Numbered from the stretch's first letter, positions 46,061 through 56,631 are shown. The stretch is DNA of 64,000 nucleotides from an uncultured Acidobacteriota bacterium (GCA_963700145.1 OY969474.1:4640001-4704000); one strand, 5' to 3'. Numbers and translations are program-made. The notes: generated from the letters alone by a model not told the origin.

Positions 46061-47409
46061 GAGCGCGCCTCGGCGACGCTCTGCACCCCGGCCGGCTTCG
46101 GGCGGCCTTCGGCGCGCCCGATCGAGACGTAGCGGAACCCCTCCTCGGCCATGCGCTCCGGCTCGTAGAGGTTGCGCAGGTCGACGATCAGCGGCTGCCG
46201 CATCGCCGTGTGCAGCCGCTCCGGCACCAGCTTCCGGAACTGGTTCCACTCGGTGAGGATCACCAGCGCGTCCGCCCCCTCGGCCGCCTCGTAGGGGCCG
46301 TCGCAGAAGACGACCGCGGGGAACAGCAGGCGGCAGGCGTCCATCGCCTCGGGGTCGAAGGCGCGCACCGCGGCGCCGGCGTCGAGCAGCCCCTGCACGA
46401 TCGGCAGCGCCGGCGACTCGCGGATGTCGTCGGTGTTGGGCTTGAAGGAGAGGCCGAGGACCCCGATCGTCTTGCCGGCGAGCTCGCCGACCGCGCCGCG
46501 GATCTTTCCGAGCATCCGCTCCTGCGTCGCCTCGTTGACCTCCAGCACCGCCTCGATGATGCGGAAGCGCAGCCCCTGGTCGCGGGCGATCTGCGCCGCG
46601 GCGCGGGTGTCCTTGGGGAAGCAGGAGCCGCCGAAGCCCGGGCCCGGGGCGAGGAACCTGGGGCCGATCCGGCTGTCGAGCCCCATCCCCCGGGCGACGA
46701 CGTCGACGTCCGCCCCCAGCGCCTCGCACAGCTCGGCGACCTCGTTGATGAAGGAGATCTTGGTGGCGAGGAAGCCGTTCGAGGCGTACTTGATCAGCTC
46801 GGCGCTCTCGACGTCGGTGATGACGAAGGGCACGTGCGCGGCGGCGAGCGGCGAGTAGACGTCGAGCATGAGCTGCACCGCCCGCGGGTCACGCGTCCCG
46901 ATGACCACCCGGTCGGGCTGCAGGAAGTCCTCGATCGCCGAGCCCTCGCGCAGGAACTCGGGGTTGCTGACGACGGCGAAGCGGTGGCGGTCGCGCGTCC
47001 CCTCCCTGACGATCTCCTCGATCATCTTGCCGGTGCCGATGGGGACCGTGCTCTTGGTGACGATGACCTTGTAGCCGTTGAGGTGCTCGGCGATCGAGGT
47101 CGCGACCTCGCGGATGAAGGTCAGGTCGGCGGCGCCGCTCGGCAGGGGCGGCGTGCCGACGGCGATGAACACCGCCTGCGCCTCCTCGATCGCCGGGGCG
47201 AGCTCGGTCGAGAAGCGCAGGCGCCCTTCGTCCATGTTCTTGCGCACCAGCGTGCGCAGACCCGGCTCGTAGATCGGCACCTCGCCGCGTTGGAGGTCCG
47301 CGACCTTGGCGGCGTCCTTGTCGACGCCCACGACCTGCATGCCGAAGTCGGCGAGACAGGCGCCGGTGACCAGGCCGACGTAGCCGCTGCCGACGACGCA
47401 GATGTTCAT
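46057..47409 (-). CDS. ugd: UDP-glucose 6-dehydrogenase
   Basis: [30 protein letters not shown]. Confidence 0.95.
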
Positions 47410-48359
47410 GGTTGCTGTTCCTTGTACCAGGAAACGAACCGCCGCAGCCCCTCGCGGATCGGCACCTTGGGAGCGTATCCCAAGAGCCGGCCGGCCTTGC
47501 TCACGTCGGCGTAGGTGATCGGCACGTCGCCGGGCTGCTCGGGGAGGCGCTCGATCCGCGGCTCGACCTCGAGCTCCTCGGCGAGCCAGCGCACCAGGTC
47601 GCCGAGCGCGGTGGTCTCGGCGCCGCCGAGGTTGACGATCTCGAAGCCGGGGGCGAGGTCGAGCGCCGCCACCACGCCGTCGACGATGTCGTCGACGTAG
47701 GTGTAGTCGCGGCGGCTGCCGCCGTCGCCGTACATCGGCACCGGTTGCCCGCGCGCCAGCAGGTCGGTGAACTTGTGGATCGCCATCTCCGGCCGCTGCG
47801 CCGGCCCGTAGACGGTGAAGAAGCGCAGGCAGGCGGTGCGCAGGCCGTAGAGGTGGTGGTAGTTGAAGCAGAGCAGCTCGCCGGCGCGCTTGGTGGTGGC
47901 GTAGGGGCTGATCGGTTTGTCGACCGGGTCGTCCTCGGCGAACGGCACCTTCTCGTTGATGCCGTAGACCGAGGAGGAGGAGCCGAAGAGGAAGATCGCC
48001 GGGCCGTGCCGCCGCGCCGCTTCGAGGAGACGCAGGGTGCCGATGCAGTTGACGTCCTCGTAGAGGATCGGCTCGGCGAGGCTCGGCCGCACGCCGGCGC
48101 GCGCCGCCAGGTGGACGACGGCGTCGAAGTGGCCGGAGGCGAAGAGACCGTCGACCAGCGCGGCGTCGCGGATGTCCCCCTCGACGATGCGCAGGTCGGG
48201 GCGGCCGCGGAAGGGCTCGACGTTGCGCCGCTTGCGCGCCGGGTCGTAGAAGTCGTTGAAGTCGTCGAGGACGGTGAGGCGGTCGCCGCGCCCGAGCAGG
48301 CGCCGGACCAGGTGGGAGCCGATGAAGCCCGCTCCGCCGGTGACCAGGACGTGGCTCAT
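47406..48359 (-). CDS. NAD-dependent nucleotide-sugar epimerase (UDP-glucuronate 4-epimerase-like)
   Basis: GGAGFIGSH, HLAARAGVR, SSSSVYG, YATTK, RFFTVYGP. Confidence 0.92.
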   Translation of the reverse strand: MSHVLVTGGAGFIGSHLVRRLLGRGDRLTVLDDFNDFYDPARKRRNVEPFRGRPDLRIVEGDIRDAALVDGLFASGHFDAVVHLAARAGVRPSLAEPILYEDVNCIGTLRLLEAARRHGPAIFLFGSSSSVYGINEKVPFAEDDPVDKPISPYATTKRAGELLCFNYHHLYGLRTACLRFFTVYGPAQRPEMAIHKFTDLLARGQPVPMYGDGGSRRDYTYVDDIVDGVVAALDLAPGFEIVNLGGAETTALGDLVRWLAEELEVEPRIERLPEQPGDVPITYADVSKAGRLLGYAPKVPIREGLRRFVSWYKEQQP

Positions 48360-49561
48360 CGGCCGGGCGGCGGCTCGGTGGTCGCGGCGGGCGGCGGCTC
48401 CGTCGCGCCCGGCGGCTCGGGGGCGGGCTCCCGTCCCTGCCCCTGCGCGTCCTCGTAGCGCTTCTCGATCCCCTTCTTCTGCCGGCTGCGGATCAGCCAG
48501 CGCAGCAGCGGCGACTCGTCGACGCCGACCAGGATGTCGTTGACGGCGTCGTAGATCTGCGGGTCGTTGATCAGCTTGGCGGCCGCGCCCTCGCCGCGGT
48601 TCACCTTGTCGGCCACCTCGTTCAGGCTGCGCACGAAGCCGCGCAGCTCGTCGGTCATCTCGCGGCCGTAGGCCTCGTCGTTGACCAGGCGCGGCAGGAG
48701 ACCCTCCTGGGACTGCAGGTTGGTCGAGAACTCCTGGAGGTCCTGCACCACCTGGCGAGCGCTCGCCAGCGTCTGGTCGAACTCGGCCTTCATCTGGGGG
48801 TCGTTGATCAGGCCGGGGAGGAGCCCGGGGCCGCTCTGCGCCTGCGCGATCAGGGCCTCCAGCCGGTCCACCGCGCCGGCGAACTGGTCGGAGAGCGCCG
48901 GGTCGTTGAGCAGCCGCGGCATGAGCCCCTTGCCGGTCTCCAGTTTCTCGGCGATCCGCTCGACGGTCTCGAAGGTGCCGACCATCGACTCGCGGAGCTG
49001 GCGCCCGGCCGGGGAGTCCGAGGTGAGCTCGCCCAGGAGCCCCTCGCCGCGTTCCATCCGCCCGAGGATCGTCGACAGCGACGCGGAGATCTCCACCACG
49101 TTCGCCATCACGTCCTCGCCCGAGGCGAGGAGGGCGTCGACGTTGGTCGCCGCGGCGGGCTCGATCCGCCCGCCCTCGGGCACCGGCGGCAGCCCCTGCG
49201 AGCCGGAGGTGAGCTCGATGTACTTGTCGCCGAGGAGGCCGAGCGTCTTGATGCGCGCCCGCGTGTCGGCCCGCACGCGGTCGGCGTAGCGGCTCTCGAC
49301 GGTGATCCAGACGCGGATGAAGCGCTTGGCCGGGTCCTCGGGGAGCACCACGTCCTCGACCGTGCCGGCGTCGACGCCGTTGAGCTGCACCGGGTTGCCG
49401 GTGCGCACCCCGGAGGCGTTCTGGAAGTCGATGTAGTAGCGGTTCTTGCGCGCGAAGAGGTTGTTGCGGTCGCCGATCAGGAAGACGCTCAGGGCGAGCA
49501 CGGCGACCGCCGCCAGCACCAGCAACCCCACCTTCAGCTCGCGGCCGACCTTACGCCGCAT
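48356..49561 (-). CDS. MlaD/MCE family protein
   Basis: N-terminal TM, GNPVQLNGV, LGLLGDKYIEL, long helical tail. Confidence 0.9.
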   Translation of the reverse strand: MRRKVGRELKVGLLVLAAVAVLALSVFLIGDRNNLFARKNRYYIDFQNASGVRTGNPVQLNGVDAGTVEDVVLPEDPAKRFIRVWITVESRYADRVRADTRARIKTLGLLGDKYIELTSGSQGLPPVPEGGRIEPAAATNVDALLASGEDVMANVVEISASLSTILGRMERGEGLLGELTSDSPAGRQLRESMVGTFETVERIAEKLETGKGLMPRLLNDPALSDQFAGAVDRLEALIAQAQSGPGLLPGLINDPQMKAEFDQTLASARQVVQDLQEFSTNLQSQEGLLPRLVNDEAYGREMTDELRGFVRSLNEVADKVNRGEGAAAKLINDPQIYDAVNDILVGVDESPLLRWLIRSRQKKGIEKRYEDAQGQGREPAPEPPGATEPPPAATTEPPPGR

Positions 49562-50306
49562 CCTCGTCCTCCTCGCGCCCGGCCAGGAAGGCCGCGAACT
49601 CGGGATGGCGGGTGCCGTCCGCCTCCTCCCAGCCGCCCAGGAAGGCGAAGCGGCCGCGGGTGAGGAAGCCGACGCGGTCCCCGACCTCGCGGGCGAGGTG
49701 CAGGTCGTGGGTCACCACCACCGCCGTCACCCCCAGCTCCTGCTGGATGCCGCGGATCAGCTTGCCGATGGTGGCGGAGGTCATCGGATCGAGCCCGGTC
49801 GTCGGCTCGTCGAAGAGCATCACCTCCGGCTCGAGGGCCAGCGCGCGGGCGAGGGCCACCCGCTTCTTCATCCCCCCCGAGAGGTCGGCGGGCATCTTCC
49901 GCTCCGCCCCCTTGAGCTTCACCACTTCGAGCTTCTGCTTCACCTTCTCGGCGATCTCCTTCTCCTCGAGCCCGCTGTGCTCGCGCAGCGGGAAGGCGAC
50001 GTTGTCGAAGACGGTCATCGAGTCGAACAGGGCGCCGCTCTGGAAGAGCATGCCGATCCGCCGCCGCACCGCGAAGAGCTCCCGTTCCTCCAGCGCGGAG
50101 ATCGTCTGCCCGTCGAAGTCGATGGTGCCGGCGTCCGGTTTCTCGAGGCCGTTGAGCTGCCGCAGCGTCACGCTCTTGCCGCTCCCCGACCGCCCCAGGA
50201 TGACCAGCGACTCGCCGCGCGCGACGTCGAAGTCGACGCGGTCGAGGACCGTCCGCCGGCCGTACCGCTTGACCAAACCGCGGACTTGGTAGAGCGCTTC
50301 CTGCAA
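49551..50306 (-). CDS. MlaF-like ABC ATP-binding protein
   Basis: GRSGSGKS, FQSGALFDSMTV, LSGGMKKRV. Confidence 0.92.
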   Translation of the reverse strand: MQEALYQVRGLVKRYGRRTVLDRVDFDVARGESLVILGRSGSGKSVTLRQLNGLEKPDAGTIDFDGQTISALEERELFAVRRRIGMLFQSGALFDSMTVFDNVAFPLREHSGLEEKEIAEKVKQKLEVVKLKGAERKMPADLSGGMKKRVALARALALEPEVMLFDEPTTGLDPMTSATIGKLIRGIQQELGVTAVVVTHDLHLAREVGDRVGFLTRGRFAFLGGWEEADGTRHPEFAAFLAGREEDEDAA

Positions 50307-50327
50307 GGACCGGACCTCCGCGGCGAT

Positions 50328-51079
50328 TCAGGCGACGAGATAGAAGAGCTTGGTGAGGAAGAAGTCGGCGACGAGGACCAGGATCGCCGCCAGCACCACG
50401 GTGTTCGTCGTGGCGCGGCCGACCCCGTCGGCCCCCCCCTGCGTGGTGAGGCCATTGTAGCAGCCGACGATGGCGATGAAGTAGGCGAAGAAGAGCGCCT
50501 TGCCGAGGCCGGAGAAGATGTCGCCGAAGGTGAGCGAGTCGAGGACGTCGTTGAGGTACAGCCCGGCGGGCAGGCCGAGCTGCACCCGCGCCACGACGAG
50601 CCCGCCGAGGATGCCCAGGAAGTCGCCGATCATGGTCAGCGCCGGCACCATGACCAGGGTGGCGACGAGCTTCGGGACGACCAGCTTCTTGATCGGGTTG
50701 GCGGCCATCGAGCGCAGGGCGTCGATCTGCTCGGTCACCTTCATGGTGCCGATCTCGGCGGTCATGCCGGCGCCGATCCGCCCGCCGACGATGAGCGCGG
50801 TCAAGACCGGCCCCAGCTCGCGCACCAGCGACTTCGACACCACCGAGCCGATGTAGTACTTGATACCGAGCGACGGCAGGCTGTAGGCGGTCTGCAGGGC
50901 CAGCACCATGCCGGTGAAGATCGTGGTGATGCTGGCCACCCCGAGCGAGCGGACGCCGATCTGCTCCATCTGCCGGAACCACTCCCGCCAGTCGTAGGGG
51001 GGCGGACCATGGCGGCGAAGGCGCGCCCGGTCAGGATCGCCAGCTCGCCGGTGCGCTCCGCGAAGAGGCGCGCCGTCAC
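50328..51079 (-). CDS. MlaE-like permease with a 1-nt frameshift at the G6 run 50997-51002
   Basis: VRELGPV, EIGTMKVTEQIDAL; adding one base joins VTARLFAERTGELAIL...MVRPP to YDWREWFRQMEQ. Confidence 0.85.
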
Positions 51080-51483
51080 GAGCGGATCGGCCACCAGAAG
51101 AGGGCGTGGCCGAGGGCGAAGGCGCCGTCCACCGCCGACAGCGGCAGCAGCCCGGCGAGGTCCGGGCGGGGCAGGGCCACCGCCAGGAACATGAGGCTGG
51201 CGAGCAGGCGGCCGCCGATCGCCACCGCGATCACCGCGCTGTAGCGGCGCGGGTCGCGCGCCGCCTCCAGGTAGAGCGCGGCGAGCATGGCGAGGAGGAC
51301 GGCCAGCGTCCAGAGGTAGAAGCGCTCCCCGGGCAGGGGGAGGTCGAGCCAGGAGGCCGGGAGGTCCGGCCGCACCGCCAGGAGCAGCGCGAACCCGGCG
51401 TCGTAGAGCGCCCCGGCGACCAGCGAGAGCCGGAGCAGTCGGAGGAAGCGGAAGCGGCGCGCGAAGCGCGCGGGAAGGCCCAT
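51076..51483 (-). CDS. Small membrane protein
   Basis: About four TM helices; stop overlaps the mlaE GTG. Confidence 0.7.
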   Translation of the reverse strand: MGLPARFARRFRFLRLLRLSLVAGALYDAGFALLLAVRPDLPASWLDLPLPGERFYLWTLAVLLAMLAALYLEAARDPRRYSAVIAVAIGGRLLASLMFLAVALPRPDLAGLLPLSAVDGAFALGHALFWWPIRS

Positions 51484-51583
51484 TGGGCAAGGAGCTTAGC
51501 AACCCACGAGCCAATCGACCGCCCGCTCCGGCGGGGCAACCCGCAAGCCAATCGACCTCCCGGCGGTGAGAGAATGCGCGCCC

Positions 51584-52345
51584 GTGCCTCCCGACAGCCC
51601 GCGCCGGACGCTCGCCGCGCGCCTCGCCACGGCGGTGGCGACGGTCTCGGGCAACGCCTTCCTGGTGGTCGGCACGGCGGTGCTGTCGACGATCGCCATC
51701 GTGGTCGCGTTCATCCCGCCGCGCGGCACCTGGTCCTTCCTCGTCGCGCGCCTCTGGTCGCGCGGTCTGCTGGCCGCGGCGGCGGTGCGAGTGCGGGCGG
51801 AGGTGGACCCGGCGATCGACCCCGCGGGCCGCTACGTCTTCCTCGCCAACCACCAGAGCCTCTTCGACATCCCCCTCATCCTCGGAACCTCGCCGGGGCA
51901 GCTCCGCATGGTCGCCAAGCGCAGCCTCTTCAAGGTCCCGATCTTCGGCTGGGCGATCGCCGCCGCCGGCTACATCCCGGTCGACCGCGCGGACCGCTCG
52001 AGCGCCCGCCAGACCTTCAGCGGCGCGGCGGCGCACCTACGCGCCGGCACCTCGATCCTCCTCTTCCCGGAGGGTACCCGCTCGTTCACCGATGAGCTGC
52101 TGCCCTTCGAGCGCGGCGGGTTCCTGCTGGCGCTCAAGAGCGGCCTGCCGATCGTGCCGGTCGGGGTGAGCGGCACGCGGGCGATCCAGCCGCGCCGCAG
52201 CGTCGTCATCCGCCCCGGCGCCGCCGTCGTGCGCTACGGCGCGCCCATCGAGCCGGCCGAGTTCGGCGTGCGGCGGAAGGGGGAGCTGATGGAGGAGGTG
52301 CGGAGGCGGGTGGCCGAGCTGGCGGGTCTGCGCTACCCTTCGTGA
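51584..52345 (+). CDS. plsC: 1-acyl-sn-glycerol-3-phosphate acyltransferase
   Basis: NHQSLFD, FPEGTRS; start at GTG 51584 or 51566. Confidence 0.9.
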   Translation: MPPDSPRRTLAARLATAVATVSGNAFLVVGTAVLSTIAIVVAFIPPRGTWSFLVARLWSRGLLAAAAVRVRAEVDPAIDPAGRYVFLANHQSLFDIPLILGTSPGQLRMVAKRSLFKVPIFGWAIAAAGYIPVDRADRSSARQTFSGAAAHLRAGTSILLFPEGTRSFTDELLPFERGGFLLALKSGLPIVPVGVSGTRAIQPRRSVVIRPGAAVVRYGAPIEPAEFGVRRKGELMEEVRRRVAELAGLRYPS

Positions 52346-52346
52346 C

Positions 52347-53438
52347 ATGGCGAACGAGCTCGAAGACCGCGTCTGGCAGGCGCTCAAGGGAGTGAAGTAC
52401 CCGGGCATGACGCGGGACATCGTCTCCTTCGGCTTCGTGCAGCGGGTGGAGGCGCGGGGCGGCGAGGTCGAGGTGGACCTCCAGCTCGCGACGCAGAAGC
52501 CCGAGGCCGCCGAGCAGGTGCGCGGCGAGGTGGAGCGGGCGGTGCGCGCGCTCCCCGGCGTCAGCGGCGCGCGCGTGGGCTTGAACGTCACGCGCCACCC
52601 GCCGCGCGAGGAGGCGGCGCAGCGGGCGATCGCGCAGGACCCGCAGCTCATCCCTGAGGTGCGCTACGTGGTGGCGGTGGCGAGCGGCAAGGGCGGGGTG
52701 GGGAAATCGACCGTCGCCGCCAACCTGGCGGTGGCGCTCTCCAAGCTCGGCCACCGCGTCGGCCTCCTCGACGCCGACATCCACGGCCCCTCGATGCCGA
52801 TGATGTTCGGCATCAACGAGCGGCCGTTCGTCGAGGGCAACCGCATCCGCCCGTTCGACAAGCACGGCGTGACGGTCATGTCGCTCGGCTTCATCCTCGA
52901 CGTGGACACGCCGGTCATCTGGCGCGGCCCGATGGTCATGCGCGCCATCGAGCAGATGCTCGGCGACGTGATGTGGGGCGAGCTCGACTACCTGGTGATC
53001 GACCTGCCCCCGGGCACCGGCGACGCGCAGCTTACGGTCACCCAGAAGATCCCGCTCTCCGGCGCGGTGATCGTCACCACACCGCAGGACGTGGCGCTGA
53101 TCGACGCCCGCAAGGGGCTGGCGATGTTCAAGAAGGTCAACGTGCCGGTGGTGGGGATCGTCGAGAACATGGCGACCTTCGTCTGCCCGCACTGCGGCCA
53201 GTCGACCGACATCTTCAAGTCCGGCGGCGGCCGGCGCACCGCCGAGCTCCTCGGCACCGCTTTCCTCGGCAGCATCCCGCTCGACCCCAAGATCGTGGCG
53301 GGCGGCGACGCCGGCGTGCCGATCGTCGTCGCCGAGCCTGACGGCCCGCACGCCGCCGCCTTCCGCGACGTCGCGAGCGCGGTCGTCGCCGAGGTGGCGC
53401 GCCAGGAGGAGCTGCGGCCGAAGCTGTCCATCGTGTGA
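52347..53438 (+). CDS. mrp: Mrp/ApbC Fe-S cluster carrier ATPase
   Basis: SGKGGVGKS, WRGPM, DLPPGTGD, ENM..F.CPHC. Confidence 0.95.
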   Translation: MANELEDRVWQALKGVKYPGMTRDIVSFGFVQRVEARGGEVEVDLQLATQKPEAAEQVRGEVERAVRALPGVSGARVGLNVTRHPPREEAAQRAIAQDPQLIPEVRYVVAVASGKGGVGKSTVAANLAVALSKLGHRVGLLDADIHGPSMPMMFGINERPFVEGNRIRPFDKHGVTVMSLGFILDVDTPVIWRGPMVMRAIEQMLGDVMWGELDYLVIDLPPGTGDAQLTVTQKIPLSGAVIVTTPQDVALIDARKGLAMFKKVNVPVVGIVENMATFVCPHCGQSTDIFKSGGGRRTAELLGTAFLGSIPLDPKIVAGGDAGVPIVVAEPDGPHAAAFRDVASAVVAEVARQEELRPKLSIV

Positions 53439-53441
53439 CCC

Positions 53442-53606
53442 GGAAGCCGTTCATGGACGCGGCTACGGGAAACGGCGCGCGAAAGCCGGACGGCCGGAGG
53501 AGGTCGCGCGCCTCCGCTTCGCTTCGCGCCGATTCGGCAACCGCCTGCCGTGGGATTGCCAGCGCTCGCTCAGAGGTTCCCTCCGCCGCGTCCATGAACG
53601 GCTTCC
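53442..53606. mobile_element. MITE-like element with perfect 22-bp terminal inverted repeats
   Basis: GGAAGCCGTTCATGGACGCGGC at 53442-53463 and its reverse complement at 53585-53606. Confidence 0.65.
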
Positions 53607-53622
53607 TCCGGCGGGAGTAAAG

Positions 53623-54297
53623 GTGCCCACCGCCCTCATCGCCGACGCCCACCTCGGAGGGCCGGGCGGCCCGCCCGGGCCGCTGGTCGAGCAGCTCGAT
53701 TCCCTCCAGCCGGAGCGCTGCGACCGCTTGGTCCTTCTCGGCGACCTCTTCCAGGCCTGGGTCGGCTCGCGCAAGTTCGAGACCGCCGGCATCGCCGAGG
53801 TCGTCGCCGCCCTCCGCCGCGTCCGCGCCCGCGGCATCCCGGTCCACTACATCGAAGGCAACCGCGACTTCTTCCTCGCGAGCAGCCCGTACGCCGACGC
53901 CTTCGACACCATCGGCTCCGAGGTCGCCTTCGAGAGCGCCGGCCGCCGCTACCTAGCCGTCCACGGCGACGGCCTCAACGACCGCGACCTCCAGTACCTA
54001 GCCTGGCGCGCCCTCTCCAAGAGCCGCCTCTCCCGCCTCCTCGTCCTCCGCACCCCCCGCCGCTTCGCCCAACGCGTCGTCGAGAAGACCGAGCGGAAGC
54101 TCTCGAAGACCAACTTCAAGCACAAGGCCGCTCTCCCCGAAGCCGCCATCCGCACCTACGCCGAGCGCCGCCTCTCCGAAGGCCACGACACTCTGCTCCT
54201 GGGGCACTTCCACGAGCCGCAGACTTGGCAGGTGAAAGGTGGTGAGGTTCGCCTTCTGGATGCGTGGTTTCACTCGCACCAAATCGAGTGGGTGTAG
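53623..54297 (+). CDS. lpxH: UDP-2,3-diacylglucosamine hydrolase-like metallophosphoesterase
   Basis: DAH, GDLF, GNRDF, HGD, GHFH. Confidence 0.8.
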   Translation: MPTALIADAHLGGPGGPPGPLVEQLDSLQPERCDRLVLLGDLFQAWVGSRKFETAGIAEVVAALRRVRARGIPVHYIEGNRDFFLASSPYADAFDTIGSEVAFESAGRRYLAVHGDGLNDRDLQYLAWRALSKSRLSRLLVLRTPRRFAQRVVEKTERKLSKTNFKHKAALPEAAIRTYAERRLSEGHDTLLLGHFHEPQTWQVKGGEVRLLDAWFHSHQIEWV

Positions 54298-54300
54298 GTT

Positions 54301-54336
54301 CCCCCGCCCAGATCCTTCGCTTCGCTCAGGATGACA
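54301..54336. repeat. Half copy of the GTCAT...ATGAC element
   Basis: CCCGCCCAGATCCTTCGCTTCGCTCAGGATGACA. Confidence 0.75.
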
Positions 54337-54371
54337 GGGCACCAGCAGCGCCGTAGGCCACGGACGGTGCA

Positions 54372-54541
54372 GGCGGCCGGCGGCGGGGGACCCTGGCGGG
54401 GAGCTCTCCGCAAGCGCTGGCAACTCCCTTCGCAGTCGCCAAGCGATCCGACGCGCAGCGGAGCGCAGGCGCGCGCCTCAGATCAAGAAGTCCACTAACG
54501 CGCGCGCCGGTCCCCGCCAGGGTCCCCCGCCGCCGGCCGCC
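54372..54541. mobile_element. MITE-like element with perfect 31-bp terminal inverted repeats
   Basis: 54372-54402 is the reverse complement of 54511-54541. Confidence 0.65.
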
Positions 54542-54569
54542 CGGCAACACCCTTCGCTACAATCAGCCG

Positions 54570-55331
54570 ATGCGGGTCACGATGCTGGGAAGCGGCACTT
54601 CGACCGGCGTCCCCGTCATCGGCTGCACCTGCTCCGTCTGCACCTCCGACAACCCCCGCAACAAACGCTGGCGCGCCGGCCTCCGCCTAGAGCTCGAGCA
54701 CGGCGTCGCCCTCGTCGACACGCCCACAGACTTCCGCGAGCAGGCCCTCCGCTACGGCGTCAACCGCGTCGACGCCGTCCTCTTCACCCACGCCCACGCC
54801 GACCACGTCTTCGGCCTCGACGACCTCCGAATCTTCAACTTCCGCCAGCGCACCGCCATCCGCTGCTACGCCTCCGCCCCCACCCTCGCCATGCTCCGCC
54901 GCTACTTCGCCTACGCCTTCGAGGACGGCCAGGAGGGGGGCGGCAAGCCCGTCCTCGACCTCGTCGAAGTGCGCGAGCCCTTCGACCTCCTCGGGCGGCG
55001 CATCGTGCCCGTCCCCGTCTGGCACGGCGAGCTCGAGGTCTACGGCTACCGGCTCGGCGACTTCGCCTACGTCACCGACTGCAGCCGCATCCCGGAAGAG
55101 AGCTTCCGGCTTCTCGAAGGCGTGCGCACCCTCGTCCTCGGCGCCCTGCGCTACCGCCCGCACCCCACCCACTTCACCGTCGACGAGGCGGCCGCGGCGG
55201 CGGCGCGCATCGGCGCCGAGCGCACCTTCCTGACCCACCTGGCCCACGACATCGACCACGACGCGCCCGCCGTGCCGCTGCCGGCCGGCGTGCACTTCGG
55301 TTATGACGGCCTCACCCTCGAGGTCGACTGA
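54570..55331 (+). CDS. MBL-fold metallohydrolase (PhnP/YycJ-like)
   Basis: GSGTSTGVP.IGC.C..C, THAHADH, YVTD. Confidence 0.92.
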   Translation: MRVTMLGSGTSTGVPVIGCTCSVCTSDNPRNKRWRAGLRLELEHGVALVDTPTDFREQALRYGVNRVDAVLFTHAHADHVFGLDDLRIFNFRQRTAIRCYASAPTLAMLRRYFAYAFEDGQEGGGKPVLDLVEVREPFDLLGRRIVPVPVWHGELEVYGYRLGDFAYVTDCSRIPEESFRLLEGVRTLVLGALRYRPHPTHFTVDEAAAAAARIGAERTFLTHLAHDIDHDAPAVPLPAGVHFGYDGLTLEVD

Positions 55332-56631
55332 GCCTTTCGCAGTCCCCGCCGGCCGGGTCGCCCGCGGCCGGCTGGCCGTCCCGCCGTCCAAGAGCCTCAC
55401 CAACCGCTACCTGAACCTGGCGCTCCTCGCCGGCGCGTCGGCGACGATCGAGCGGCCGTTGGAGGCCGAGGACACGGCCGCCTTCCTCGCGGCGCTGGCG
55501 GTTTGCGGATTCCGGGTAGAGAAAGAGAAGGACGAGTGGCGGCTCACCCCGGGACCGCTGCCTGCCGCCGCGGCGATCGACTGCGGCGCCTCCGGGACGA
55601 TGCTCCGGTTCCTCACCGCGGCGCTGGCCGCACTGCCCGGCAACTGGCGCCTCGACGGCGTGCCGCGCCTGCGCGAGCGGCCGGTCGGGCCGCTGGTCGA
55701 TTCCCTCCAGCGGCTGGGTGCCCGCATCCGCTACCTGGGACAGGAAGGGTATGCGCCACTCGGGATCGAGGGAGGGACGCTGGGTGGAGGAGAGACGATC
55801 CTCGACGCGAGCGCCTCCAGCCAGTTCCTCTCCGCGCTGCTCATGGCGGCGCTCCGGGCGCCAGGGCTCGTGAGCGTGGAGGTCGCGGCCCTCACCTCCG
55901 AGCCCTACCTGCATCTGACGCTGGCCGCAATCGCGCAGTTCGGCGGCCGCGTGGAGCGGCCCTCCAGCCACGCTTTGGTCGTCCACCCGTCGACGCTGCG
56001 CGCCGGCCGCCTGCGCGTCGAAGGGGACTTCTCCGCCGCCTGCTACCCGGCGGCGGCGGCGGCGCTCACCGGCGGCGAGGTCGTCCTCGCCGGCCTGCCG
56101 CGCGGCTCGGCCCAGGGGGACCGCGGCTTCTTCGACCTCCTGTCGCGGATGGGCGCGGCGGTCGAGTGGCGCGGCGAGGAGGAGGTGAGCGTGCGCGGCA
56201 CTCCCGGCGGCGCCCTCGTCGCCGCCGACGCCGACCTCGCCGCGATGCCCGACCAGGTGCCGACGGTCGCTGCGCTCGCCCCCTTCGCCCGCGGCACGAC
56301 GCGCATCCGCAACGTGCCGCACTTGCGCCTCAAGGAGAGCGACCGCCTGCGCGCCATGGCCGGCCAGCTCGCGGCGGCGGGCGTGCCGGTCGAGGAGCGC
56401 GCGGACGGCCTGACGATCGCGGGGGTCTGGGCCGACCGCTTGCCGGTCGACCTCCCCTCGGCGCCGGTGACGATCGACCCGCACGGCGACCACCGGATCG
56501 CCATGAGCATGGCGCTCGTCGGGTTCCGCCGGCCGGGGATCGCGATCGCCGATCCGCACGTCGTCGCCAAGTCCTATCCCGGCTTCTGGCGCGACCTCAC
56601 CGCGCTGCTCGTTGCCGCTCAAGGCAACTGA
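55303..56631 (+). CDS. aroA: EPSP synthase
   Basis: PSKSLTNR, SGTMLRF, SSQFLS, KESDR, DHRIAM, KSYP. Confidence 0.95.
   Translation: MTASPSRSTEPFAVPAGRVARGRLAVPPSKSLTNRYLNLALLAGASATIERPLEAEDTAAFLAALAVCGFRVEKEKDEWRLTPGPLPAAAAIDCGASGTMLRFLTAALAALPGNWRLDGVPRLRERPVGPLVDSLQRLGARIRYLGQEGYAPLGIEGGTLGGGETILDASASSQFLSALLMAALRAPGLVSVEVAALTSEPYLHLTLAAIAQFGGRVERPSSHALVVHPSTLRAGRLRVEGDFSAACYPAAAAALTGGEVVLAGLPRGSAQGDRGFFDLLSRMGAAVEWRGEEEVSVRGTPGGALVAADADLAAMPDQVPTVAALAPFARGTTRIRNVPHLRLKESDRLRAMAGQLAAAGVPVEERADGLTIAGVWADRLPVDLPSAPVTIDPHGDHRIAMSMALVGFRRPGIAIADPHVVAKSYPGFWRDLTALLVAAQGN

Noticed and set aside
51509-51558. Direct repeat AGCCAATCGACC twice in a divergent intergenic region
   Set aside because: Could be an operator, but only two copies and no regulator can be assigned
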